Program-made: the position numbers and the translations under genes | Part shown: positions 1 through 10,329 of the stretch, piece after piece | How the letters are laid out: each line of letters begins with the position of its first letter | Position numbering within the stretch: the stretch's first letter is position 1 | The notes under the pieces: model-generated | What the model saw: only the letters and a program-made list of their open reading frames with translations | Database searches by the model: none | Told to the model about the DNA's origin: nothing | Assembly: GCA_963748815.1 (NCBI GenBank) | Contig: CAVVKJ010000005.1 | Coordinates: forward strand, 1 to 64,000 | DNA: 64,000 nucleotides | Source: an uncultured Gemmatimonadales bacterium | GTDB taxonomy: Bacteria; Gemmatimonadota; Gemmatimonadetes; Gemmatimonadales; GWC2-71-9 | Reading direction: 5' to 3'

Positions 1-862
1 GGTACCACCATCTCCTCGATGGCTGGCGGCGGCGGCACCACGACCTCCTCCTCCTCCCGCGGCACCTCCACCACCTCGCCCCGCATCCGCCGCAGGATCA
101 GGTCCCGCCGCCAGCGCATCCGGCCGGTGCGGTACGCCGGATTGGAGGAGAGGGGAAAGGGGAGCGACCCCGCCAGCGATGCCGCCTGGGCGGGCGTCAT
201 CCGGCTCGCCGGCCGGTCGAAATAGAACTGGCTCGCCGCCTCGGCGCCCCAGATGTTCGGCCCGAACTCCGCCACGTTGAGATAGAGCTCCATCAGCCGC
301 CGCTTGCTGAGGCCCGCCTCCAGCCGATAGGCCGTCACCCCCTCCTTCACCTTGCGCAACGGATTCCGGTCCGGAGAGAGGTAGAGGTTCTTGGCCAGCT
401 GCTGTGTGATGGTGCTGGCGCCGCGCAGCTTCCCGCGTCGACTCCAAAGGGAGCCCAGGGTATACCGGAGCTCAGCCCGGTCCTTCGGGTCGCCCCAGGC
501 GAACTCTGCGCGGCGGTAGCCCAGCGCTTCGAGGATGGCGATGTAGTCAATGCCGTGGTGCTCGAGGAAGCGGTTGTCTTCCCCGATCATCGCGGCGCGC
601 GGGAGCCAGATCGGAGATGGAATCGATTGGAACCGGGCCGGTAGGTGGGCTGCGCAGGGAAGCTACGACTCCGTGCTTTCCCCGCCCCCCTGCCTTGCTG
701 CCCCGCTGCCCCGCCATCCAACGCGTTGCCTCGCATCGACATGAACGCCGTCTGCGCCGGCCAGTGCGTGCGGTACCAGAGGGGCGGTGGCCAGACCGCC
801 ATCAACCAGAGGAGGAAGACTCCCCCGGCGATGGCGGTCCAGCGAACTGCGGCGCGTAACAC
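1..862 (-). CDS. mtgA: Monofunctional peptidoglycan transglycosylase (GT51); runs off the left edge; two apparent +1 frameshifts near 612 and 635
   Basis: Manual minus-strand translation gives an N-terminal TM helix, then EDNRFLEHHGID, RGASTITQQLAKNLYL, RKVKE and ELYLNVAEFGPNIWGAEAAS (GT51 motifs). The ORF track shows only the N-terminal fragment 587..862. Confidence 0.9.
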
Positions 863-869
863 GCGCGAT

Positions 870-1673
870 CTAGAACGAGCTGATCGTGATGATCGTGTGG
901 GTCTTGAGCGGGATCGGCACCGGGGCCTGGCTGGTGGTGATGATCAGGTCCGAGTCCACGGTGTTGTTGCCACCGAGGTACGTGCCGTCCTTGGTCACGT
1001 AGTAGGCGCCGATGCCGTTGCCGGTCCCTTCAATCTGCAGGTCGCCGCCCCCGCCCTCCTGGCTGGCCACCGACGAGGTGACGCTCGTCGTGTTGATGGT
1101 CAACGCCTTGCTGTTGTTGTACATCCCCTCGCCCGCGGCGGTGAAGGTCGTCTCCATCTTGATGCTCGTGGAGCCGGCGTCGGAGGTGGAATTGTAGGTC
1201 AGGGTGTCGGTCCAGACGTCACCCTTCTTCTTCGTGTGGGCCGCGCCCCGGGGGAAGAAGCCCGCCAGCACCGCCTCGAACTGCTGCGCGCCGGGGCCGC
1301 CCTGCACGAACACGAGGTTGTCGATCTTCCCCTTCTCCGTGAGCAGCCCCTTCCAGCTCGAGCCACGCGACGAGTCGGCGGCGGCCTGGAGCATCGCCTG
1401 GCCCTGTGTGGCGCTGTCGATGGACATGCTGTCGAGCACGACGGTCAGCGCCTTGCCGCCGGTCGTGTCCTTGAGCGTCATGGTGAAGTACCCGGTGAAG
1501 CCGCTGGTGTTCTTCTGCTCGCCAGCGCCCATTGCGGAGAGGTCGATCGTCGAGTGGGCGACGATGCCGACCTTGTAGTGCAGCGTCGTGATGGCTGTCG
1601 CGGGGTCCGGCTGGACCGGGGTGACGGCGAGCCCGCCGGCCAGGGCCGCGGTCGAAAGCAAGCGAACGAACAT
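870..1673 (-). CDS. Secreted hypothetical protein (signal peptide, Thr/Ser/Gly-rich, predicted beta-rich)
   Basis: ATG at 1673 (MFVRLLSTAALAGGLA...) with GAGGA upstream; typical high-GC3 codon usage. Confidence 0.75.
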   Translation of the reverse strand: MFVRLLSTAALAGGLAVTPVQPDPATAITTLHYKVGIVAHSTIDLSAMGAGEQKNTSGFTGYFTMTLKDTTGGKALTVVLDSMSIDSATQGQAMLQAAADSSRGSSWKGLLTEKGKIDNLVFVQGGPGAQQFEAVLAGFFPRGAAHTKKKGDVWTDTLTYNSTSDAGSTSIKMETTFTAAGEGMYNNSKALTINTTSVTSSVASQEGGGGDLQIEGTGNGIGAYYVTKDGTYLGGNNTVDSDLIITTSQAPVPIPLKTHTIITISSF

Positions 1674-1755
1674 GGGATCCTCGGTGTGGGGGCGAACGCG
1701 GGAGCCCCGGACCGCTGGGCGCGGGCCGGCTCTCGCTGGGGAGAATCTATAACGA

Positions 1756-1785
1756 ACGCCGCCCCGGCGGGGGCCGGGGCGGCGT
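1756..1785 (-). terminator. GC-rich hairpin directly downstream of rnpB
   Basis: 13-bp perfect stem acgccgccccggc/gccggggcggcgt with a 4-nt loop, followed on the minus strand by TCGTTAT. Confidence 0.6.
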
Positions 1786-2160
1786 GGGGCGGGCCATAAG
1801 CCGAGTTCTGTACCCTGTTGCCAGGGGATGGTCATCTGTCTGGGACGGTCGTCGCCGACCGCCTCGAGCAGCCTACCCGCGGCTCACCGTTGCCGGTGGG
1901 GTCGGTGCGGGCCGCACCTCGCCGCTTATTTGGCCTTGCTCCGACTGGGGGTTGCCGTGCCGTCGCTGTTACCAGCGACGCGGTGGGCTCTTACCCCACC
2001 CTTTCACCCTTACCCTCCGGCGCTTGCGCACCATCGGGCGGTTTGCTTTCTGTTGCCCTGTCCGTCGCCTTGCGGCGCCCAGGCGTTACCTGGCAGTCTG
2101 CCCTGTGGAGCTCGGACTTTCCTCGGATGCCGAAGCACCCGCGACCATCGAGCCTGCCCC
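1786..2160 (-). ncRNA. rnpB: RNase P RNA, bacterial type A
   Basis: Minus strand carries GAGGAAAGTCCGAGCTCC near the 5' end, GGTAAGGGTGAAAGGGTGGGGTAAGAGC and GAGCAAGGCCAAATA internally, and ACAGAACTCGGCTTAT near the 3' end. The ends pair (GGGGCAGGC/GCCCGCCCC). TATATT -10-like box at 2168-2173. Confidence 0.97.
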
Positions 2161-2204
2161 GGGGGGGAATATAGCGCCCTGGAGTTGCGGATGCCCGGTG
2201 TGCT

Positions 2205-2340
2205 GGAGGAAAGAGAAAGAGGACTAGGGACTAGGAGGGGAGGAAGGAGAAAGGCGGAAGGGCAATCCCGTGAGCTGCCCGTTTCTCCTTCAGCCTTTCC
2301 CCCTCCAAGTCCTCAAGTCCCCTTTCTCTTTTCCCCTCCC
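2205..2340. repeat. Imperfect palindromic intergenic element, family A, copy 1
   Basis: Purine arm GGAGGAAAGAGAAAGAGGACTAGGGACTAGGAGGGG and pyrimidine arm CCCCTCCAAGTCCTCAAGTCCCCTTTCTCTTTTCCCC; homologous to 13169-13300 and 45343-45484. Confidence 0.85.
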
Positions 2341-2341
2341 C

Positions 2342-5300
2342 TTATCCCCTCCCCTGCACCCGCGCCAGCCCGGCCTCTGCATCCTGGATGAACTTCTCCA
2401 GCGCCGGGTCGGCCGACTTCCACTGATCCAGCACCAGCTGATACTGCTCGGCGGCCTCCGCCCGGCGGCCCAGCTTTTCATACGCCATCCCACGGAGCAG
2501 CCGCATCCGGCCGATCGACGCCCAGCGGGAGTCGAACCCGCGGGTGTTGAAGTATTCGGGTTCGAAATGCTGCAGTGTCTTCACGGTGCCCGCATAGTCG
2601 CCGAGGAGAAACTGCGCCTGGGCGCGCACCGGCAACCACCCAGGGTACATCTCGCGGGGGCCGTCGGGAGTCGCCAGGGCGGCACGCGCCGCCACGGTAT
2701 CGTTCTCGCATCAGCGCCAGGATCGCGGCGATTTCCGGGGGCAGGCTCCTCCCCGCTGATCGCCGCGTACTCCTCTGCGGGGCGGGGATTCCACGCCGGA
2801 CCGACGAGCAGCCCCAGCGCCGCGCTCTGCCCGCCCTTCAGCGCCTCCATCCGCTTGTCGGCCGGCACGCTTCGCGCCTCCTCGGCGGCGGCCTCCCAGA
2901 GGCGGAGCAGCGTCGCCTCGGGCACCGTCACCGATCCGTACAGGCCGGAGAGCATCATCCGGTTCCAGTCGCTTCCCTTCATCGACTGCGGCATCGAGGC
3001 GGGTAGGACGTCGGTGCGGATTTCGTCGACCAGCTCGATGACGCGCGCGGCGCTGGAGAGATCGCCGTAGTACGCGAAGATGTTGGCGCCCGCCAGCACG
3101 TCGGTCATGAGGGTGGGGGCATCCTCGGCGCCGGCAAAGTCCCCCGGTGTGATGGTGGCCAGCGCCGACTTCAGCTCCGCGGCCGCCCGCGGCCCCTCGC
3201 CGCCGACGAAGCGTACCCGCGCCTGGAGGAACGGCAATTCCGGATTGGTCGGATCGGCCGAGCGGAACCGCGCCACCTCGGCGAGCGCGTCGGGATACTG
3301 CTGATTGGCCAGGAAGGCGTCCACCATCGCCAGGTGGGCCCGCCCGGTGCCGGGCTGGGCGGTGCTCCAGGCCCGTGCCGACTCCAGCCCGGCCAGCCGC
3401 GCCCGTGTCATCGCGGCCACGCGTGAGGCGCTGTCGGCAGTGGAGGCGGGTGCAAACGAATCGGGGGTCACCAGCAGCACAGGCGTCCCCGGTCCGCTCG
3501 CCATGTTCAGCATCGCCTGCACATGCTCGTACGCCAGCGCGTAGTCAGGGGCGAGCGCGAGCGTCCGGCGGAAGGCGCGGAGCGACTCCGTGAACCGGAT
3601 ATCGAGCCCGGGCTTCAGGTCGTGGAACCAGGCGTCGCCCAGGCCGTACCAGGCGTCGGCGTCGCGCGGATTCTTGGCCAGCAGCTGCTCGTAGATGTTG
3701 CGCGAGGCGGTGTTCTGTCCGAGCAGGAAGAACCGGTAGGCGGCAATCACCGCACGATCGTGGGCCGGCAGTTGCTGCGAATAGAGCACCGCGCGGTCGA
3801 TCGCCACCTGGCCCGTGGAGTCCTGGGTTCCCACCAGCCAGCCCCGGGTCAGCGCCAGCTTGTAGTACGCGAGCCCGAAGGTGGTGTCCACCTGGACCGC
3901 CCGTTCGAAGTTCCGCTGCGCGGCCGCGAGTTCCCACCGGCCGAGCCGGTCCAGCCCGCTGAGATAGGAACGGTAGGCCTCGATCGAGGGGGTGGTGACC
4001 GAGGCCAGATCGGCCCACGTCTCCCCGGGCGCGCCCGAAATGTCCAGGAGCCGCAGCGCGAGCCGGTCGAACTCCGGGCGCGGGTCGTCGGAAGCCGGGG
4101 CGCTGACTTCCGCCACGTCCTCGCGCGTCCCGGTGGCCACGTCGTACACCCGCGCGGTGAGGTGGAGCGAGTCGCCGACTTCCTGGTAGTCGCCCAGCAC
4201 TACCGTCCACACCCCCGCCTCGCGCGCGAGCTTGCGCGCCATGTCGAGCCCGATGTCGTCGGTTGCGGACAGGTTGTGGCGGGCCAGCAGGTCGTGGACC
4301 CGCTCGTGATCGACCACCGTCATGTCTTTCCACTGCGACATGTTGAGCGCCAGCATGTTGACGCTGCCGTTGCGGAGCCATTCGATGCTCTGGTCGTCGC
4401 GCAGGTTGTCAAACGGGAGCACCAGCACCGAGAGCCGCGGGTTGACGCCGTCGGGTGGGCCGGCCGGACGGCGGGCCACCACGGTCGCGACGATGGCCAC
4501 CAGCGCCAGGGCCGCGCCGGCCAGGAGGGCGCGCCGGTTCCGCCGCCGGCTGAACAGCGGCACCGGGGTGGGCGTCCCGCCGAGCGCGGCGCGGAACTCC
4601 GAGCCCGACTGGAACCGGTCGCCTGGCGCCTTGGCCAGCACCCGCATGATGCCCGCGCCGAGGTCGGCGGGACACTCGGGCCGGATGCGGGTCAGCGTCG
4701 TCGGCTGCTCGGAGATGTGTTTCGAGACCACCACCCGGTTCGGCCCGACGAACGGGGGGTGCCCCGCCACCATCTCGTACGCCACGACCCCGAGCGAGTA
4801 GAGGTCGCTCCGGGAGTCCACGTCCTCGCCCGCCGCCTGCTCCGGGCTCATGTAGTTGGGGGTCCCGACCACCATCCCGCTCCCGGTGACCGGCCCGGCC
4901 GGGCCTGCTGGCTCCTGGGCGAGTGCCCGCGCGATGCCGAAGTCGGCCAGCAGCGCCCGCCCGCTTCCCGCCTCCAGGAGGATGTTCTCCGGCTTCACAT
5001 CGCGGTGGACCAGCCCGGCACCGGCCGCGGCGTCGATCGCGGCGGCGATGTCCATGGTGATCCGACGCGCCTCCTCCGGCGGCAGCTTGCCCTCGCGGTT
5101 GAGCCGCTCCCGCAGCGATTCGCCCGGGACGCGGTCCATGACGAAATAGAGGATGTCATCGGCTTCGCCGGCGGTGTAGACCGTGACGATGTTCGGGTGC
5201 CGGAGCCGCGCGATCATGCGGGCCTCGGCGAGGAAGCGCGCGGCGATGGAGGAGTGGATGGCCAGCTCGGGATGGACGGCCTTGACCGCCACGTCCCGCG

Positions 5301-5433
5301 CGAGGGTGACGTCCCGCGCCAGGAAGACGACCCCCATGCCGCCACGGCCGAGCTCCGGCCCCAGCGCGTACTGGGGTCCGAGCGCGGCCTGCAGCCGCTC
5401 AGCGAGTCCGGGGCCGGTGTGGGGCTTGGTCAC
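2342..5433 (-). CDS. Ser/Thr protein kinase with TM helix, TolB-N-like domain and TPR repeats; two apparent +1 frameshifts near 2706 and 2740
   Basis: GRGGMGVV, VAVK, HRDVKPEN, DFG and GTPNYMSPEQ motifs. The C-terminal TPR segment continues in ORF 2342..2695. GTG start at 5433 is inferred. Confidence 0.9.
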
Positions 5434-5664
5434 CCGCGGGCTCCACGTGAGAGAAGGGTCGTCTGAGACGGGCGGTGGGGCCGCACCGCCGGCTGGCTCC
5501 TCAAAATACACCCCGGCCCCCTTCCACACAGGGAGATGTACGGGTGGGATGCCTGCTGCGGACAAAAGGTTGCCCCGTCGGCCCCCCCGCCCCCGCTCCG
5601 GTTGGACTGCTGTTGAAGGGAGACGCTTACCGTGCGCCCCACCACACCACTACGGAGCGCGCCC

Positions 5665-6564
5665 GTGCCTGATTCACTCCTTCCGACCCAGGACGGTCCA
5701 CCCACCATCGCCGCCGTCCTCCTCCCCGCCGAGCGGCCGCGGGTGGAGGCCGCCGGGCAGGGGTGTTTCACCCTCCTCCACCGCGACTCCGTGCCCGAGG
5801 CGATGCGCGCGGTGCGCGAGCGCCCGGTGGACGGGATTCTCCTCTCGGTCCACCGCTGTCCCCCCACCGCCGTGCAGGAGGTCAGGCGCCTGGTCCACGA
5901 CTTCCCGGGCATCCCCACCGTTGCGCTGGTCTCGGCCCACGACGCCTCCGCCAGCGAAATCCTCCTCCAGCTCGGCGCCACGGGGCTCCGGCAGGTGGTG
6001 GACGTCACCGGTCCGTCCGGCTGGCAGCGCCTCCGCCAACTGATGGCCGCGCCGGTCACCCGGGCCGCGGCGCGCATCCAGGGGCCCCTCATCACCACCC
6101 TCGGCGAGGCGCCGGGCGACCTCCGGTTCTTCTTCGAGATGCTGGTCCGCATGGCGCCCGACATCACCACCGTCCGCGCCCTCTGCCGCGCCTGCCAGGT
6201 GCGCCCCAGCACGCTGATGTCGCGCTTCGCGCGGGCCGGCTTGCCGTCGCCGAAAGGGTACCTGGCCAGCGTGCGACTCCTCCATGCCGCGCACCTCCTC
6301 GAGGCCCCGGGACGTTCCATCGCCGACGTCGCCTACCGGATGGAGTACTCGTCGCCCCAGAGCTTCGGGCGGCACATCCGGGCGATGCTCGGCATCACGA
6401 GCCTCGAGTTCCGGCGCCGGTTTCCTTTTCCCACCGCGCTCGCCCGGTTTCTCGACCTCATGATTGTGCCGTACGGAGGCGTCTGGCCCGTCTTCCATCC
6501 CCTGGAAACAGGGAGCTGGGACAGCGGACACTGTCTGGCGGGTCAGGCACCTCCCTCTCCCTGA
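5665..6564 (+). CDS. AraC-family transcriptional regulator with a degenerate receiver-like N-terminal domain
   Basis: C-terminal RLLHAAHLLE...SIADVAYRMEYSSPQSFGRHIR...GITSLEFR (AraC HTH); GTG start with GGAG upstream. Confidence 0.85.
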   Translation: MPDSLLPTQDGPPTIAAVLLPAERPRVEAAGQGCFTLLHRDSVPEAMRAVRERPVDGILLSVHRCPPTAVQEVRRLVHDFPGIPTVALVSAHDASASEILLQLGATGLRQVVDVTGPSGWQRLRQLMAAPVTRAAARIQGPLITTLGEAPGDLRFFFEMLVRMAPDITTVRALCRACQVRPSTLMSRFARAGLPSPKGYLASVRLLHAAHLLEAPGRSIADVAYRMEYSSPQSFGRHIRAMLGITSLEFRRRFPFPTALARFLDLMIVPYGGVWPVFHPLETGSWDSGHCLAGQAPPSP

Positions 6565-6633
6565 CGACGGAGTTGCGGCGGGACACGGCCCGCCCCTACC
6601 TTGGGCCGGGTCTCCCTTACCGCGAGCGTTCCC

Positions 6634-7407
6634 GTGTCCGTCCCTCGTCTGCTGCTCTTCGTGGTCCTGCTCGGCGCGGCCGCCTGTTCGCGTGACCCCT
6701 CCCCGGAGGCGCTGCAACGCACGCTGAGCGCGCACCCCGAAATCCTCGCGGCCGCCATCCGCGCGCACCCCACCGAGTTCATGCAGGCCGTCAACGCCGC
6801 CTTCCAGGCCTCGCAGGCGGCGCAGCAACAGTCGGCGGCCGACCGGCTCGAGTCGGAGTTTCGGAATCCGAAGCAGCCCGACCTGACCGACCGGGTGTCG
6901 CTGGGGAATGCGGCGGCGCCCGTCACCATCGTCGAGTACACCGACTTCGAGTGCCCCTACTGCCGCCAGTCGGTGGCGGTCATGCACCAACTCCTCGAGC
7001 GCTACCCGGGAAAGCTCCGGCTGGTGATCAAGCAGACGCCGCTGGAAATGCACCCCAACGCGATGCCCGCCGCGCTGATGTTCGAGGCGCTGGCGCTGCA
7101 GGGAAGCGACAAGGCGTTCAAGTTCTACGAGGTGGTGTACGCCGAGCAGGAGCAGTTGAAAGCGGGCGGCCAGCGGTTTGTGGAGGAGGTGGCACGGCGG
7201 GTGGGGGCGGATGTGCCGCGGGCGTTGCGCGACCAGGAGAGTGACGCGGTGCGTGCCCGCGTGGCCGCGGACATGGCCGAAGGGCAGGCGTTTGGCTTCA
7301 CCGGGACGCCGGCCTTCGTGGTCAACGGCGTGTCACTCGAGGGCGCGCACCCCGTCAACAATTTTGTGCCGATCATCGACCGGCACCTGGCGGCGGCCGC
7401 GCGCTAG
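6634..7407 (+). CDS. DsbA-family thiol-disulfide oxidoreductase lipoprotein
   Basis: Lipobox-like LGAAAC, EYTDFECPYC active site, GTP cis-Pro motif. Confidence 0.88.
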   Translation: MSVPRLLLFVVLLGAAACSRDPSPEALQRTLSAHPEILAAAIRAHPTEFMQAVNAAFQASQAAQQQSAADRLESEFRNPKQPDLTDRVSLGNAAAPVTIVEYTDFECPYCRQSVAVMHQLLERYPGKLRLVIKQTPLEMHPNAMPAALMFEALALQGSDKAFKFYEVVYAEQEQLKAGGQRFVEEVARRVGADVPRALRDQESDAVRARVAADMAEGQAFGFTGTPAFVVNGVSLEGAHPVNNFVPIIDRHLAAAAR

Positions 7408-7954
7408 CTCAGTCCCAGCTCTGTCGCCGTGGTCAGCACCGCCACGGCGACTCCCCGCCCGGTGAGCGCCGCGCGTCCCCCCTGCTCCCGGTCCACCACC
7501 GCGAGAACCCCCAGCACCCTGCCCCCCGCCTCCTCGACCGCGGCGATCGCCTGAATGGCCGACCCGCCCGACGTGATCACGTCCTCCACGACCACGACCC
7601 CGTCTCCCTCGCGGAAATTGCCCTCGACCCGCCGCCTGGTCCCGTGGCCCTTCGCCTCCTTGCGGACGCTGAAGGCATCGATAATCGGCGGCGCGCCCCG
7701 GCTGGCGAGGGCCACCGCGTAGGCCACGGGGTCCGCGCCCATCGTGAGTCCCCCCACCGAGGCGGGGGCCCACCCCTGGGCCCGGATGGCGACGACGCCG
7801 AGGCGGCCGATGAGGTGCAGCCCCTCGGCGGACATCGTGGTGGGTCGCGCGTCGATGTAGTAGGTGGAGCGGGCGCCGGAGGCGAGAGTGAAGTCGCCGT
7901 GGCGAATGGAGCGGTCGTGGAGGAGTCGCAGGAGGGCGGCGTGCTCGTCCACCG

Positions 7955-7958
<4 letters not shown>
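7404..7958 (-). CDS. pyrE: Orotate phosphoribosyltransferase
   Basis: GDFTLASGARSTYYIDAR, VRKEAKGHG and VVVEDVITSGGS (PRPP-binding) motifs. Confidence 0.95.
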
Positions 7959-8848
<890 letters not shown>

Positions 8849-8988
8849 GAGAGTGAGGGAAGGTACTTCCCGACGGCGAGAGCGGCAAGCAGCAATCCGG
8901 CTCGCGCTTGACCGTCCTTCGCCGCTGGGGATACCCTTCCGCCTGCGTTGCGCGCCCTGCATTCCCGCCAGTTCCCGAAGGGGGCCTC

Positions 8989-10329
8989 GTGCTCCGGTAC
9001 CGCTCCAGTCTGCTCCTCCTCCTGCCGCTGCTGGCCTGCAGTTCGTGGCAGCGCGTGGGGCACAACTCCACGCCCTCCCCGGAGGAAACCCTCACCAGCC
9101 TGTTCGACATGCCGGCGGTGTACCGCTCCATGGGGCGCCTGGCGGCCGGGCCGCCGCTCCCCTTCGTCGGCACGATGGCGGTCGCCGCCGGCCCAGGCGA
9201 CTCGGTCAAGGCAATCCTCGGGCTGTCCATCGAGAACCGGGCGCTCTCGTTCCGGAAAGACGGGGCCTCGTTCCTGGCGCAGTATCGGGTCGAGATGTAC
9301 CTCGAATCGCCCGATGCCCCGCCGATTCGCTTCGCGCGGGACCAGGAGGTGCGCGTCACCGAATTCGCGGAGACGATGCGCAACGACGAGAGCGTGCTGT
9401 TCCAGCAGCTGTTCCACCTGAAGAGCGGGGCGTATCGCGTCACCGTCTCGGTCCGCGACCCTGTCTCCGGCCGGCAAACCCAGTCCGACGCCAACTTCGT
9501 CGCCCCGGACTTCGCCGCGGCGTCGTACAGCGCCCCGATCCTCGCCTACCAGGTCACGGGACGGCGGAGCCGGGACCAGGACCTCGCGGTCGTGCTCAGC
9601 CCCCGCGGGACCGTCAGCTACGGGGGGGACACCCTGCTCGCTCTGGTCGAGGGGTACAACTACACGGCGCCGACCAACGTCCCGTTCGAGATCATCGACG
9701 ACTTCGACAGCATCGTCACCCGGGACACGCTCCGGTTCACCGGCGCGCGCGAGGTCGAATCCCAGGTCATCCGGATCGTCCCCGACAACCAGCCCCTCGG
9801 CGAGCTGCGGATCCGGGTCGGCACCGACTCGGCAATGCGGCAGACCAGCGCGCTGGTCTCGTTCTCGGGCGCGTGGATCCTCACCAACTACTCGGACATG
9901 CTCGACCTGCTGCGCTACTTCGGGCACGAGGACCTGATCAAGCAGCTCAAGAAGGCCTCCCCCGACGACCGCCCCCGCCTCTGGCAGGAGTTCTACCGGA
10001 AGACGGACCCGGTGCCGGCCACACCGGAGAACGAGGCGCTCGATCAGTACTTCGGCCGGATGGCGATCGCCAACCAGCGGTTCACCGACGAGGAAGTGCC
10101 TGGCTGGCGCACCGACCGCGGCATGGTCTTCATCACCCTGGGCGACCCGGAGGAGATCTACAACGGGAGCTCGACCACCCAGGGCCGCATCATCCGGTGG
10201 ACCTACACCCAGCTCCGGCTGGAGGTCGTCTTCGAGGACACCTCCGCCGTCAGCCGGTTCCGGCTTACCTCCGATTCCCGCGCCGCGTACGAGCGGGTCC
10301 TCTCGCGGGTGCGCCGGGGAGAGTCGTGA
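8989..10329 (+). CDS. GWxTD domain-containing lipoprotein
   Basis: Lipobox LLAC; C-terminal DPVPATPENE...ANQRF...PGWRTDRGMVFITLGDP. Confidence 0.88.
   Translation: MLRYRSSLLLLLPLLACSSWQRVGHNSTPSPEETLTSLFDMPAVYRSMGRLAAGPPLPFVGTMAVAAGPGDSVKAILGLSIENRALSFRKDGASFLAQYRVEMYLESPDAPPIRFARDQEVRVTEFAETMRNDESVLFQQLFHLKSGAYRVTVSVRDPVSGRQTQSDANFVAPDFAAASYSAPILAYQVTGRRSRDQDLAVVLSPRGTVSYGGDTLLALVEGYNYTAPTNVPFEIIDDFDSIVTRDTLRFTGAREVESQVIRIVPDNQPLGELRIRVGTDSAMRQTSALVSFSGAWILTNYSDMLDLLRYFGHEDLIKQLKKASPDDRPRLWQEFYRKTDPVPATPENEALDQYFGRMAIANQRFTDEEVPGWRTDRGMVFITLGDPEEIYNGSSTTQGRIIRWTYTQLRLEVVFEDTSAVSRFRLTSDSRAAYERVLSRVRRGES

Noticed and set aside
1784..2391. Several + strand ORFs over 1784-2391
   Set aside because: They are antisense to rnpB and overlap a repeat; no protein-like features.
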